64,000 bases of DNA from Nitrospirota bacterium (GTDB lineage Bacteria > Nitrospirota > UBA9217): positions 128,001-192,000 of the forward strand of contig CAWIYV010000011.1 in the NCBI GenBank assembly GCA_963840455.1, written 5' to 3'. A program made the position numbers and the translations under genes. Below the pieces are notes generated by a model. The model saw only the letters and a program-made list of their open reading frames with translations. It was not told the DNA's origin and ran no database searches. The first letter of the stretch is position 1, and every line of letters starts with the position of its first letter. Of this stretch, positions 8,137 to 19,416 are shown piece by piece.

Positions 8137-11100
8137 TTAATCTCCTGACATGGCCATTCTTAAACGAGATATCACAGACAATTTGTTTTCAATTTCCGCT
8201 ATATCTTTTTTTAGCTGTTCACAATACACAGGAAAAAGAACCTGATTTCCGTTATCAATGCGTTTAGTTCCAGTCACAATAATACAATGATCTCCCTGAT
8301 TATGAGTGGTATTATTTACCAGCGCCATCGTCAGCAAAGATATATATATTTCCGCCTCTATTGCCCTGGCCGCAACGAGCCCCACTGTATAAAGGGACAT
8401 AACTTTTGCTGTTCCCGTATCCTGGTCTTTCGCCATACCCTTTATGGCTTCCTTGAAGCGACTGTCAGCTGCTCTGACCGTCAACATCCCTTTCAACCAT
8501 GTATTGCCCTTCATAGTCGAGTCATAATCTAGAACATCGGACTGATTTCCATGGAAACCAATGTCATCAGAGGAGTGAATGATCTGAGAAAAGCGGCATC
8601 TTCGTGCAAGGTCTAGAATTGTATGATTGTTGGCAAAGAGAACATGTCCGCTTTTCCTCGAAGAAGATCGGATAGTTTCGATGTATTCATTGCCATTCAC
8701 TCGTGCAGAAGGGTTTACTGATGATGCTGGCTTCTGCAGAGGAGGTGCATCTGTAGTCGATCTGCCTGCGTTCAGTATAAAAACCGCACCCAGCCCGCCT
8801 GTGCTCGGATCTGACATGACGGTATGTAAATAATTGTCCGTAACGGAGACCGCGCCGATCGCTGTGATCATGAGTGTGCAGCCAATTGGCTGCTGCACGG
8901 TATTATTATGTATACTGATTGCAGGCATTATATCGCTCACTGAGACCTGCGGAACATACGGCAGTTTTTCATCGGGCTTCGTTGGTGCTGATGTGGTCCC
9001 GGCAGCGCTCGCTGCGGCCGCACGATTAGACATTGCTTTTAATTGATAATCCTCTGTTCTTACAGCGAGAGAATCCGATAATTGAGCAGCCGCTGTTTCG
9101 AGGGCAATTGCAATAATCCCCCCTCGGAGGGCCGGGTAATCCAGACGTAATTCTCCGATCAGCGCTCCATTCGCCGCAAGCACATTTCCAACTATATCTA
9201 TGTACGTACCCAGGATCAACATGCCGTATACAGGTTCCTTTGTAGTCGTGCCGTTTTGAAGGATCTGATTGTCCTTCACGATGATGAAAGTGCACCAGCC
9301 CAGAGAAATTGGCCCGAACCCGAAGTTTCGCGGTTTTCTCCGAATATCCATGGTGATCGGCGAATTGACACATCCGGTAATCCTATTTAACGTGATACTA
9401 ATATTGGATAGCCGGGGCAGTATTTTGAGTATTCTTGAATTCGGATTGGAAAGATAGAGCATTGCCAGAGAGTACTTGTTCTGGGGCGTTCCGATCCCAC
9501 AAAGCCCCATATTAGTGATTTCATTGTCAGTGATGTCCACCTTTTGGATTGGGGCCTTGATTTTTTCCGGCTCGTTTTTTCCTTCGCTTCCCTCGAACTT
9601 CTTCAGGGTTATCTTGTATTTGCAGTGAGCTTCATCAATTAGTTTCTTTTCAATGTGTTTAATAACCCAACCTGGAGATAATATGGAGACCGTAAACTCA
9701 CCGTCGGCATTAATAGTATCAAGCCGCCCATCTTCATGAGATAAAAGCGAATGTTGCCCTGCGTCGTTCTTGAACGCAACTGCGATGCTTTCCAAGGGAT
9801 TTCCGCGCTCATCTACTACTTGTACATAGGTGTATTTATAGAGCTTAATTACCTGTTCCGGTGCGCCATCTGTAGTAATCTCAATCTCATGCCCCAACGA
9901 TATGCCGTTTCCCGCTCCGCCGATTATCTTATTTGAGCATATCTTAACGTTTTTGCTTCCGCTGTAGACATGGATGCCCCCTAATGCCTTGTGCATTTTT
10001 TCTTTGGGCAGCACGGCCATCGCTTCGGCATTCCAGAGCGCCTTAGCATATCTTACAGCCCCTCGAATATGTCCATACACATCCTCGACATTGGCGCACG
10101 GGTTTGCAGGGTCTTCTTCACCCGGCTCGATGACGCCAGGCGGTGTACTTTCAGCTGGTATAACGCCAATGTCGTTTCCTTCAATCAAAACATCACGCCC
10201 CATAACATATATGGCAACGCCTGCACCTTCTTTATCAAGCATTCTGATCACATTATGATGAATCTTAATCTGTGAACCACTGAAGGTATGGATGGCACAA
10301 TCAAACGCAAGAATTCTGGTATGACGGATTTCAATATCACGCAAGAATAACCGCATAAATTGTAGTTTCCCTTGTTCGGGTCCTTCCATAAGGACCGCCT
10401 TCCCTCCCATGGCAATCATCTCAACCTGTTCCACCAGGATTCCTTGCGAATCCACGATGTAAATTATTGGTTCCGTAAGGTGTCCACCGCGGGGAATAAT
10501 CGTTGTCCGGTTACCACATCCTCTGATGGTAATATTTCGCTTTCCTTTTATATGAACATTTGCCTCGTGAACCCCTGGCATCAAGCAAATCTCGCCTCCG
10601 GTTGAGGGCAGGTGCTTGAGCGCTTCTTCGATAGAATCAAAGTCTCCATGGCTGGTTTTTCCATCGCCCACGGTGAGACTGCAGCAGCCCTGATACTGCG
10701 TAAGAGGTCTGAACCTCTTACGGCAGTCTCGGGAGACTTCACCAACCATGGTCTTGCCATCTTCCCTCGGCGACCAGTGTATTATTGCAAGAGGCGCATA
10801 GAAGCGGCGGACACCTTGAGGCGACATCCCTTCCTCGAGTCGCCAGGGAACAACCTTATTTGGTGTTTCAGGACGTGCTGCAATGATCCAGTGATCACCG
10901 GGCAATCCACCCCTGCCAGACATGGTGATCATCAAGCCTGTTTTACCGAGACGAACTTTAGTACCGGGTGAATAAGGTATCTTTGGGCTCGATTCCAAGT
11001 CCGCGCCCCGATTCCACACCCTCATGTAGAAATGGTCATTGCGTGAAGATGCGATCCATTTACGATCAAAATTCGATGGTAAAGGAGTTTCGATGACAAA

Positions 11101-12087
11101 TTGCGGCTTTTCAGGATCAGCCACAGGATCATAGGAGCTTTTGATTCTTGATAGATGCCCTGTCAATGTTGCGACCTTCTCACCATTTGGCAACACAGCG
11201 CCCCAGGGGAGGATCTCTACGATCTGACCCGCAAGTGGCCAGTGAGCCTGATCCTTCGGACGGGTGATCATCTGAACGATTGTATTATTATTTTCGTCTT
11301 TATTGATCTGTATCCGATAAATCGGCGAGGCATTATCAAAACCCCATGTAAAATGAGTGGCATCTACAATCTGAACACGGATCGCCTGGTTCTCGGCGCC
11401 CAGGTATCCGCTCAGCAGGGAGGGTCTGCAAAGATCTTCTGCTACGCCGTCTGGCTCATAATCCACTGTTAGCTTTACATATGGTATTAGTTCTCCTTCA
11501 TAATTCAATACCCGAGCTCTGGAAAATGTTTGAACGAATTGTTTCCAAACCTCAATGCAATCATCGGACTTGACTTGTTCTTTAATCAATACTCGACGCA
11601 TCGTGCGAACACGGGTTGACGTGTCAGGCCCTCCGAGGGCTTTCTCAAGAATCTCGTTATCTTCTGTTGCCGTAACAGGCTGCTGCCAGGCTTCAAGATA
11701 AACCAGATCATAACGTTCACCTTCTTTTTTCGTTGGAGCAGGTGGTAAGGGCTCAGGTCGTTGCAGGGCGTCATTTTGCGTGAGAAATACTTCAGGCGCC
11801 GGCTGTTCTTCCATTTCAAGGCGCAGGCCTCCCAGATAGAAACTTCCCGGAAGAATGTCAAAATTAACGGTTCCGTTCTCGATTCGGGGGTTTGCAATAC
11901 GAAACCCGTTATCCGGTGTCCCCTGTGGACCAATGATGTCTACGCGCGTTCTGCGACGGTCTTCGTTGTCGAGCCGCTCGTTCTCGTTCCAGTCGTCGTC
12001 GATGATCACGCGACCCTGCTGCATCCGCACTCCGGCGTAGTGTTTACGGTAATCCGTTGATGATCGGGAGATATCTTCCGCTGCCAT
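8137..12087 (-). CDS. DUF6519-domain protein with right-handed beta-helix repeats (eCIS distal baseplate/fibre candidate)
   Basis: N-terminal DISR...HYAGVRMQQGRVIIDDDWNE, GYLGAENQ, DHWIIAAR, CCSLTVG; repeated I..N.I beta-helix turns. Confidence 0.85.
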   Translation of the reverse strand: MAAEDISRSSTDYRKHYAGVRMQQGRVIIDDDWNENERLDNEDRRRTRVDIIGPQGTPDNGFRIANPRIENGTVNFDILPGSFYLGGLRLEMEEQPAPEVFLTQNDALQRPEPLPPAPTKKEGERYDLVYLEAWQQPVTATEDNEILEKALGGPDTSTRVRTMRRVLIKEQVKSDDCIEVWKQFVQTFSRARVLNYEGELIPYVKLTVDYEPDGVAEDLCRPSLLSGYLGAENQAIRVQIVDATHFTWGFDNASPIYRIQINKDENNNTIVQMITRPKDQAHWPLAGQIVEILPWGAVLPNGEKVATLTGHLSRIKSSYDPVADPEKPQFVIETPLPSNFDRKWIASSRNDHFYMRVWNRGADLESSPKIPYSPGTKVRLGKTGLMITMSGRGGLPGDHWIIAARPETPNKVVPWRLEEGMSPQGVRRFYAPLAIIHWSPREDGKTMVGEVSRDCRKRFRPLTQYQGCCSLTVGDGKTSHGDFDSIEEALKHLPSTGGEICLMPGVHEANVHIKGKRNITIRGCGNRTTIIPRGGHLTEPIIYIVDSQGILVEQVEMIAMGGKAVLMEGPEQGKLQFMRLFLRDIEIRHTRILAFDCAIHTFSGSQIKIHHNVIRMLDKEGAGVAIYVMGRDVLIEGNDIGVIPAESTPPGVIEPGEEDPANPCANVEDVYGHIRGAVRYAKALWNAEAMAVLPKEKMHKALGGIHVYSGSKNVKICSNKIIGGAGNGISLGHEIEITTDGAPEQVIKLYKYTYVQVVDERGNPLESIAVAFKNDAGQHSLLSHEDGRLDTINADGEFTVSILSPGWVIKHIEKKLIDEAHCKYKITLKKFEGSEGKNEPEKIKAPIQKVDITDNEITNMGLCGIGTPQNKYSLAMLYLSNPNSRILKILPRLSNISITLNRITGCVNSPITMDIRRKPRNFGFGPISLGWCTFIIVKDNQILQNGTTTKEPVYGMLILGTYIDIVGNVLAANGALIGELRLDYPALRGGIIAIALETAAAQLSDSLAVRTEDYQLKAMSNRAAAASAAGTTSAPTKPDEKLPYVPQVSVSDIMPAISIHNNTVQQPIGCTLMITAIGAVSVTDNYLHTVMSDPSTGGLGAVFILNAGRSTTDAPPLQKPASSVNPSARVNGNEYIETIRSSSRKSGHVLFANNHTILDLARRCRFSQIIHSSDDIGFHGNQSDVLDYDSTMKGNTWLKGMLTVRAADSRFKEAIKGMAKDQDTGTAKVMSLYTVGLVAARAIEAEIYISLLTMALVNNTTHNQGDHCIIVTGTKRIDNGNQVLFPVYCEQLKKDIAEIENKLSVISRLRMAMSGD

Positions 12088-12099
12088 GACAATATCCTC

Positions 12100-14409
12100 C
12101 TACGTCTCCTTTATGAACAATGGTATCAACCCGAACGGCATGTATTCTTCAATCTTTGTCCTCAAACCGTCGAGTTTGATAGGATTTATAAGACTACAGA
12201 ATGCCCCGATTTCAGATCCGTTCTCGGCCCCGCGCAGGATATCTTCTGGTGCGGCTTCACTCAGTTGAGCATATCCAGGATCGCCGAAGCGGCACGAAGT
12301 GAAATAATGCTTCCACTCGGTGATCCCGACGGAATGATAGGGCCGCGGTATCCTGCTCGTTTTGGGTGCGGCGCTGAATCGAAAACACCCCTGCTGCGTA
12401 TCCTCCACATCAATGTTTCCGGTTACGAGAATCTCGGACGCCCGCAGACGATGAACGCTCATGGTTCCGAAGACCGTTACACGGTTCATCGCCGTCTCGC
12501 CACTGGACAGAAACAGCGTAACCTCGTCATTAATAGATTGAATAATGGAATCACTCACCTCGCAGGATTCGATCACACCTTTATTCCCGATATGTATCGG
12601 TCCTGTAATGCAATGATCGATGATCAAATGCTTAACATGGCCTTCAATGCTCAGCACAACAGGCTCAAGCTGCTTTCGGTCCGTGGCCTTGCCTCCCGGA
12701 TCGAGCGTGGAATGCCTTATCAATACTTTTTCATAATCACCTCGCAGGATGACGTTCCGGCCTCCACCATTGCCGATCCAGACCCCCTCTATTACCAGCT
12801 CTGCATTTTCTTGATTGCCTGTGTCCAGGACCCAGTTTGTCTCAAGCTGCAAATACGGCCTTTTCCCGCTCGCTGATTGTATGGTTAGCTTGTTTACTTC
12901 CAGCACGTTGTCGATTGATGTGTACGTAGAACTGTCAGAAAGCTGTATTATCCCTTCATTCTTGAAATCCAGGGCAGTAAGTGACCTCTGATCTGATCCG
13001 GCTGTGATATCTTCGATTTGGTAACCCCCGTCGGGTTTGCGAATTTTCCGCTTCTCGCGCGTGCGGATGATGTCCGGTGGACCAGATAGGAATTGCTGGC
13101 GGTCATAGGTCCCTGCGCTGACATTGCCTGAAAAGCCATAATGATACGTAACAATAACAGGGCCGACAGGGGGACCACCTATAAACAGGATGCGCCCCAG
13201 AACGGGATCTATGATGAGACGTTTATCCTTAACAGCATTGTCCCAATTCATGAGATTGCCGGCTACAATCTGGTCAGGGAGAACGATTACGCCAGGCGCC
13301 TCTTCCACGAAGATTGCTTTCACTCTTGTCGCATCGCCTACAAGAGATTTTTTGCCGCAGTCTTCGAGAAGTGCGCCATCAAGGAGTGTATTATATATGG
13401 CAGGATCATGAATATCGCTGCTGTGCGACAGGTTCTTCAGCATTGTTTGGAGAAACATTTCGCTCGAAAACCGTATGTCTCGCAGTGAGCGAAGTTCATC
13501 GGCCGCGGACGCAGAGAGATTGTGATGGTCGCGTAAATGCTGAATAAGGTTCTCGCTGATCTCATATTCAGCATGGTTCAGAACCCGGCACTGCATGGGT
13601 GCCGGCAGTTCCCACTCCCGGGAGAGGCGCCAGCTGTCCCAGTTTTGCAGTCGACGCTCGTCCGGCTCCGCATCCTGCGGACGGTTTCTCGGCATGAAGA
13701 GCTGAATATCGCGGCCGGATGGATCAACGCTGAAGCGCTTCTTGTCCGTCCAAGCATATGGTGTGATACGCTCTGCACGGTATGCCTGCAGCCGAAACAG
13801 ATAAAAAGCCAGCTTCGGGATCCCATATCTGCCGTCACCCCCTCGATGCCGGCGCGTGTCCGCGGAATAGTGAAATTCTTCAAAAGGCCCCCCCGAAAGA
13901 TCACTACCACGCGGGTTTCTGAGATCGGCCCAGCCGCCCGGTAGTGTCCCAGTAAAACGGCCGGCAAAGGGAAGTGGCTCGGGGTCGAGACCGTGCCGCG
14001 TACGCCCTAGCCTACGGAAGTTCTCGACAACTGTACCCTCCCAGTCCGTGATGTCACTGATCAATTCTTCAAGGATCCGGAGGGTCCCTTTTCGCCGCCT
14101 GTAATAGATGGTCTTCGCTACGTCTATCCGCCGTGCACGTGCATTTAACGCCGAGATCAGCCGTGTCCCTACGAGGTCGCCGATATACGGCACAGCCCAG
14201 TCGTCACAGAGCTCTATGAATTGATCGTCCCAAAGCCGATCGTTGCTCTTTCTGAGCAGCGCCGCCTGCTGAGCGATCATCTCTATCAGCGCTCGGAGGA
14301 CACCCCGTTTGTCACCGAGGCCGTCTTCATGGCGGTACACTGCTGGGATCAATTCCCAAAGTTTCTCGGCATAGTACCGCTGATAATCAGCTCTCAGCTC
14401 ATGGGACAT
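12100..14409 (-). CDS. phage tail protein I-like baseplate wedge (eCIS)
   Basis: KLWELIPAVYRHED, LWDDQFIELCDDWAVPYIGDLVG, RRRKGT; C-terminal GDPGYAQL...GSEIGAF...EEYMPFG. Confidence 0.85.
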   Translation of the reverse strand: MSHELRADYQRYYAEKLWELIPAVYRHEDGLGDKRGVLRALIEMIAQQAALLRKSNDRLWDDQFIELCDDWAVPYIGDLVGTRLISALNARARRIDVAKTIYYRRRKGTLRILEELISDITDWEGTVVENFRRLGRTRHGLDPEPLPFAGRFTGTLPGGWADLRNPRGSDLSGGPFEEFHYSADTRRHRGGDGRYGIPKLAFYLFRLQAYRAERITPYAWTDKKRFSVDPSGRDIQLFMPRNRPQDAEPDERRLQNWDSWRLSREWELPAPMQCRVLNHAEYEISENLIQHLRDHHNLSASAADELRSLRDIRFSSEMFLQTMLKNLSHSSDIHDPAIYNTLLDGALLEDCGKKSLVGDATRVKAIFVEEAPGVIVLPDQIVAGNLMNWDNAVKDKRLIIDPVLGRILFIGGPPVGPVIVTYHYGFSGNVSAGTYDRQQFLSGPPDIIRTREKRKIRKPDGGYQIEDITAGSDQRSLTALDFKNEGIIQLSDSSTYTSIDNVLEVNKLTIQSASGKRPYLQLETNWVLDTGNQENAELVIEGVWIGNGGGRNVILRGDYEKVLIRHSTLDPGGKATDRKQLEPVVLSIEGHVKHLIIDHCITGPIHIGNKGVIESCEVSDSIIQSINDEVTLFLSSGETAMNRVTVFGTMSVHRLRASEILVTGNIDVEDTQQGCFRFSAAPKTSRIPRPYHSVGITEWKHYFTSCRFGDPGYAQLSEAAPEDILRGAENGSEIGAFCSLINPIKLDGLRTKIEEYMPFGLIPLFIKET

Positions 14410-16906
14410 TGACCGCCTCCTGTCCATTCAGCAGAAGCGCACCGGTCTCAATATCGAAATATTTCCCCGTGCCAGGTGACAGAGCATACTCTTCCCATAA
14501 TGCTCCATTCCACTGTAGGTCGTGAACGGCCACTACGCGGGGATCCGCAATGATCGCCTCATAGACCCTGCTGCGATAGAGCGGCGTCCCGATGCCAATA
14601 TTTTCCGGAGTCAAGATCCCTGTTTTCTTTCCGGTGAGCACGGTCCTTATATCACTCAGTACATCCTGTTCGGAATATCGGGTATCAACAACAACCTGTA
14701 TCGAAAATTCTACCGGCATGCCATGCGCATGCTCGACATCGATCAGAACAGAGGGATCGCTCACGTTCCGGAGCGCCGTCGCGATGCGGCGCTCCAATCC
14801 GCTATCGCCTACGTACCAGATCTGCACCACAGGACACTGCTGTGTCTCATGCCAATGCCACGCTACCCGGACAGCGCGGACGCCGCCCAGCCCCGCGGCG
14901 ACGGCCTCAAAGTCGTTCAGGGAGACGGCGCGCCCGATGATAAGTGCAGAGCGGGGCGCATTCGTGCGCATATTCTTCTCTGATTCGGCGTCATCCCCTC
15001 CGTACGCCGCGAGTGGGTTCTTCACGGCGGTGAGCCCTTTCACGGGCTTGGCAAGCTGGTTTATCGAACCGGCGGGAGGGCTCGCCGCGCCCGCACCGAA
15101 CTGGTAGTCCGCCTTCACATTCTCCGTGCCTGTCGGAAGGCGGGAGCCGTTCCGGCCGTCACCGAACGTGACTATCGTTTCATTATCGTCGGTATGGGTG
15201 ACCGCGTACACACGGTCTTCAGGACGAGCTCGCACAAAACTCTTCACCTCAGACCACCGGATCCCGTTCACCCATATCACGAGCGTGCTGGCAACACCCT
15301 GCTCGTTGTCAGCCGTTGTTGACGAAACATAGCTCAGCGGCTTTTTCTTCAACTTGAACGACTGATTGGATTGTGACGCGTTCCCGTTTCCCAGCACTTC
15401 GTCCTTGACTGTTTCACCGCGCGTAGCGCTGGCCACATTCCCGTATGCCTTTACCGGAAGCCTAAGAGCTGAATCCCAGGATGTTCCCGTCGCCACATCG
15501 AGCTTCGCCTCCGCATAATTGATGCTCCCTTCCGTCTGAACTCCCAGAACATTCTTGTCTTCGAGCAGGAACCGGACCGGGGAAGAAGCGTCTGCCGGCA
15601 GTTCTTCGATGTTTGTGAGTTCCAGGGTATCGTCCCGGGAGACCGAGGTCCCGGCTTCGGCCGTAAGTCGGCCCCCTTCCATGAATCCGAAATGGACTGC
15701 CATCGTGCAGAAATCGACTGATGGTATCGGTTTCCCTGCGACCATAATCTTACTTAGAGATATTTTCGCAGAGGGGATCTCCGGAACACTGTCGGCTCCA
15801 ATCTCCGGTTCCAATGGTTCCCGGGTTTCCATGATTTTGGTGACGGAGTATGGCTCGAATCCGGCATCCCACGTTATGATGACATAACTGCCGGGCCGAA
15901 TCTGGGGATAAAGTCCATCCAAGGTGATCGCAATGTTGCCGTTCTCGCCTTCATTGAAAACGGGAGCTTTTCTCAGATAGGCCTTTTGCGCCGGTTTGAG
16001 CAGCCTGACCTGTGCATAGGGTGTGCCAGCAGGAAAACGCACCGGCCGGTCCATCTCCACGCTGACGTACGGACAACCATCCTTGCCCGTGATTTTCGAA
16101 ACATTCACAGCTGTTGCGGCCTGATGATGGCTGTTCTTACTGTCTGCGCCGCTTCTATACATAAGCATGAGATCGCCGCGTGCTATAGCTGCGTTCTCAG
16201 GCCTGAGAAGAACGGCCTGCTGCTCGCCGTACAGCATCGAGCCGGGAAACGGAATCGGGATGGGAAGCGGCCGAACCATCGGGCCCGGTGTTCTGACAAC
16301 CGGACCGACTGCTGATGTTCTCAGCACATGAGAGGGCACGCTTCCGCCATTGACAATAACGTCTCCGAACGTGGACCTTCGCGGCGGTTTGATTGACCAG
16401 CGATTGAACGCAGGATGTACGATGGTTTGCCGCCGGAGTTCAAAGACCTGGGGTGGCTCTCCATCAAAGGCTCCCGACCGGAAGGCCGTGCCCGGAGGGA
16501 GGATCACGGGCTGGCGGCCTTCCGCTAGGACGGCAAGATCAACGCTCGCGGATACAGCGGGTTTCGGTTTATATCCGAGCAGGCCGATGAGCTTACGCAG
16601 GGACGGGTTCCTTCTCGCGGTGCGCACATAGCATTCGTGTGCGATCACCTCGTCGTAGAACGCGAGCACGTCGCACACATAGGCCCACATTTCCAGCAGC
16701 ATGATGCCGAAGTCGTCTTTTCCCTGCACGCGCCATCCGGCTAGGGCGGGTTTGGTCGGCGTCATTGCCAGCATTGCCCGCCGGAACTCAGGAAAACCGG
16801 CAATTTGTCTCGGTAATCGGTCAAGCCCGGCCGGGATAGTCAAGTTCGGCGGATGAACGAACGTGCCGCAGATACACTCACGATATGGATCACAGGAAGA
16901 CGTCAT
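14399..16906 (-). CDS. baseplate J-like protein (Afp11-type)
   Basis: DFGIMLLEMWAYVCDVLAFY, TFGDGRNGSRLPTG, RAVSLNDFE. Confidence 0.88.
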   Translation of the reverse strand: MTSSCDPYRECICGTFVHPPNLTIPAGLDRLPRQIAGFPEFRRAMLAMTPTKPALAGWRVQGKDDFGIMLLEMWAYVCDVLAFYDEVIAHECYVRTARRNPSLRKLIGLLGYKPKPAVSASVDLAVLAEGRQPVILPPGTAFRSGAFDGEPPQVFELRRQTIVHPAFNRWSIKPPRRSTFGDVIVNGGSVPSHVLRTSAVGPVVRTPGPMVRPLPIPIPFPGSMLYGEQQAVLLRPENAAIARGDLMLMYRSGADSKNSHHQAATAVNVSKITGKDGCPYVSVEMDRPVRFPAGTPYAQVRLLKPAQKAYLRKAPVFNEGENGNIAITLDGLYPQIRPGSYVIITWDAGFEPYSVTKIMETREPLEPEIGADSVPEIPSAKISLSKIMVAGKPIPSVDFCTMAVHFGFMEGGRLTAEAGTSVSRDDTLELTNIEELPADASSPVRFLLEDKNVLGVQTEGSINYAEAKLDVATGTSWDSALRLPVKAYGNVASATRGETVKDEVLGNGNASQSNQSFKLKKKPLSYVSSTTADNEQGVASTLVIWVNGIRWSEVKSFVRARPEDRVYAVTHTDDNETIVTFGDGRNGSRLPTGTENVKADYQFGAGAASPPAGSINQLAKPVKGLTAVKNPLAAYGGDDAESEKNMRTNAPRSALIIGRAVSLNDFEAVAAGLGGVRAVRVAWHWHETQQCPVVQIWYVGDSGLERRIATALRNVSDPSVLIDVEHAHGMPVEFSIQVVVDTRYSEQDVLSDIRTVLTGKKTGILTPENIGIGTPLYRSRVYEAIIADPRVVAVHDLQWNGALWEEYALSPGTGKYFDIETGALLLNGQEAVNVP

Positions 16907-19416
16907 GCCCCGCCTTTCATGATGAGCTGCAGTGACCCGTGTTCGGGTTTTGACGGATCATTTTCGAGCCGGATCACTTCATCCGAACCCACAGGATAGA
17001 ATGATTCTGTAAATTCGCGCCATTCAAACCAGCCGCTACGCCTGAGCTCCGTACTGACAACGCCCCTTACGCCCGGGGTCTCCTGGATGCGAGCCTCTAA
17101 AACCGAGCGCTCGAGCGGCGTCCCGAAGGTGAAGTTGTCCGGGGAGAAGAAGCCCGGTTGTTGCTGAATCCCGCGTTTTCCAAGAAGGGCCTCCATGACC
17201 CGTTCCTTCACCTGTGTAGCATAGGCGTGCGGCACCACGCAGATGGTGATCCTCAAGTGCAGGTCAGCATACTTGGGATCGAGTACGTACACCTCTCGGC
17301 CTGCCTGGCGGAAACGGTCCATCTGGTCGCAGAGTTCCACACGCTGGACCTCCGAAAGAGTCACCGCGCCAAGCGGGTCCGGCGTCACGAACGCCGAAAG
17401 CCAACTGCCTGTCCAGCGAAAGATGGCCCCGGCCCGCTGGACCCAGGAAAGCCGTTCCGCGGCTTCGGCGTAATCTTCCGGCCGCACTGCCCGTAGAGGA
17501 AGCTCGCTGAACACATGGGGAGCCCGCAGTCGGATCTCTTCCGGCGTTTCAGGGTCTGTTCCGTTGGTTACGGGGAAGGGATTCGTAACCGTTTCGATAA
17601 AAACACCGAACATTCCGTCATCTATATCAAAATGCGTTATTGAATCCGCAGGCACATTCGTTTGCCGTCCGGTTCCGACACGATACATGACCTGGAAAAC
17701 CGTCCCCGGAGAGGGTATCGCACCAAACTCCTGGTCACCGAATCGAAGCGTGGTCCCTCTGCCATCGGCAAAGTCATAATGCACAATTTCCTGGCCATCC
17801 CGTCTGAATCCTACAACGCGCTTCCATGTCCCGTCATCAAGAGTAAAATGTTTTTCCATCGGATCTGATGCAAAGCGTTGGTCGTCCATTAAGGAAGACG
17901 GCATCCCCAGTAGTGAACGCCTCCATGTCCATGCTTCCTTCAGAGGCCATTCACGCTCCTTTTCGTCATACTCGACCTCGGCGATGCTGATCTCCGGGCA
18001 TGCCGTCTGTGGATCGCTGCCGAGCCAGTCCGCCCCCCGCCATACGAGCCCCTTGGCCTCTGCTCCGGACAGGCTGTAGAGATATGCGACCCTTCCGTTC
18101 GGGCCGACACGATTGACGGCCTGCTCAATTTTTTCGCGTTCTGCCACCGGCAGATCTACAGGCTCGGGGGCGTTACCAACAAAGAATTTCTCCTCCTGAG
18201 TCTTTCCCGCTGTAACGGGTACCATATTGGCATGAACTGACATGATACTCATGTCCATCTCAAATGGCAGGGCCTGTGCGTCCTCCCATTTGATCCGGGT
18301 AAGCTCATCACCCGTCAGCCTGTCTCGGATCTTTTTGTTTTTTATCTTGTCTTCGACCTCGATCAGACGTACCATCCACATCCGGGGCAGTGTTCCCGTC
18401 GTCTTAAGGAGCACCCACTTGCCTGGGAGTCTGTCCGGAGTAAGATCATCAAAAGGAAGATCTTTTTTGTATGAACCCTTTATATACAATTCGGTTGTGC
18501 CTGGGCTGAGACAAGGTTTATCGTTGTCCCAAATGTGGGGCTTAAATTCGTTCCGTAGGGCATCAACATCGTACGTTATAACAGATCGCGTCTCTGATAA
18601 ACCTTTCCCGATCTCAAAATCGATCTGCTCACCATTGTCAGCAATGGCCCACACATCCGCTCCTGCCGCTACTGTGGTCTTCTGCCCCTGCTTTACTTGC
18701 ACGTCGAGCCATGTCGATGATCCCAGACCGTCATGGACCGGATAATCCACCAGCCGGGCATGGCGCCGAAGCGATCGCCGCTGAGTTGCTGTTTCGAGAT
18801 AAGCCTCCCTGCCGATCCTGTCCTGATAGTATGCGAACTCGTCCCCCAAGGCGCTCATGACTTCCGCGAGCATCACTCCGGCATCCGCCTCGAGCCGGTC
18901 TTTCCAATCAGGATATCGCTGGGAAGCAAAATCGAGCAGTGCCCGCCGCAGGCTCCAGAAGTCCCGCGCCTGGTATTCTATCGTCACGTCATCTTGCGCT
19001 TCAGAGGGACATTCCGGATTTCTTTTCCTGCAGTCAACATCACTGCGACAGTTGGCCTTGAAGCTGAAGCAGACATCGTTGTAGTAGGGATCGATGCGGT
19101 CATCATCTATGTACAGCTTATAGATTGTAAAATCCCCTCGCATCTTGGTCAGTATTCGCAGCACAGGAATACCGTTCACTTCCGGCCATTCGAGCCCATT
19201 AACGGGGATAGGCGACAAGTTTGTGTCATTCTGCAGGCTGTAAATGCGGATCTTCTCTGGTTTCAAATCATCTATCAAAGGAACATCCAAGTCCGCCGGT
19301 GAAACAAGAAAATGCACTTCGAGCGTCATTTGCGAAGGATGGACATACACAAAATCAATCCCCGTAAGAGAGGTCTGTTGCTGAAGCAATGCAAGACGGC
19401 TCTGTGCATCCATCAC
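16903..19416 (-). CDS. baseplate J-like protein (second paralog)
   Basis: YQARDFWSLRRALLDF, EAYLETATQRRS, LRFGDQEFG, RAVRPEDYA. Confidence 0.88.
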   Translation of the reverse strand: MMDAQSRLALLQQQTSLTGIDFVYVHPSQMTLEVHFLVSPADLDVPLIDDLKPEKIRIYSLQNDTNLSPIPVNGLEWPEVNGIPVLRILTKMRGDFTIYKLYIDDDRIDPYYNDVCFSFKANCRSDVDCRKRNPECPSEAQDDVTIEYQARDFWSLRRALLDFASQRYPDWKDRLEADAGVMLAEVMSALGDEFAYYQDRIGREAYLETATQRRSLRRHARLVDYPVHDGLGSSTWLDVQVKQGQKTTVAAGADVWAIADNGEQIDFEIGKGLSETRSVITYDVDALRNEFKPHIWDNDKPCLSPGTTELYIKGSYKKDLPFDDLTPDRLPGKWVLLKTTGTLPRMWMVRLIEVEDKIKNKKIRDRLTGDELTRIKWEDAQALPFEMDMSIMSVHANMVPVTAGKTQEEKFFVGNAPEPVDLPVAEREKIEQAVNRVGPNGRVAYLYSLSGAEAKGLVWRGADWLGSDPQTACPEISIAEVEYDEKEREWPLKEAWTWRRSLLGMPSSLMDDQRFASDPMEKHFTLDDGTWKRVVGFRRDGQEIVHYDFADGRGTTLRFGDQEFGAIPSPGTVFQVMYRVGTGRQTNVPADSITHFDIDDGMFGVFIETVTNPFPVTNGTDPETPEEIRLRAPHVFSELPLRAVRPEDYAEAAERLSWVQRAGAIFRWTGSWLSAFVTPDPLGAVTLSEVQRVELCDQMDRFRQAGREVYVLDPKYADLHLRITICVVPHAYATQVKERVMEALLGKRGIQQQPGFFSPDNFTFGTPLERSVLEARIQETPGVRGVVSTELRRSGWFEWREFTESFYPVGSDEVIRLENDPSKPEHGSLQLIMKGGA

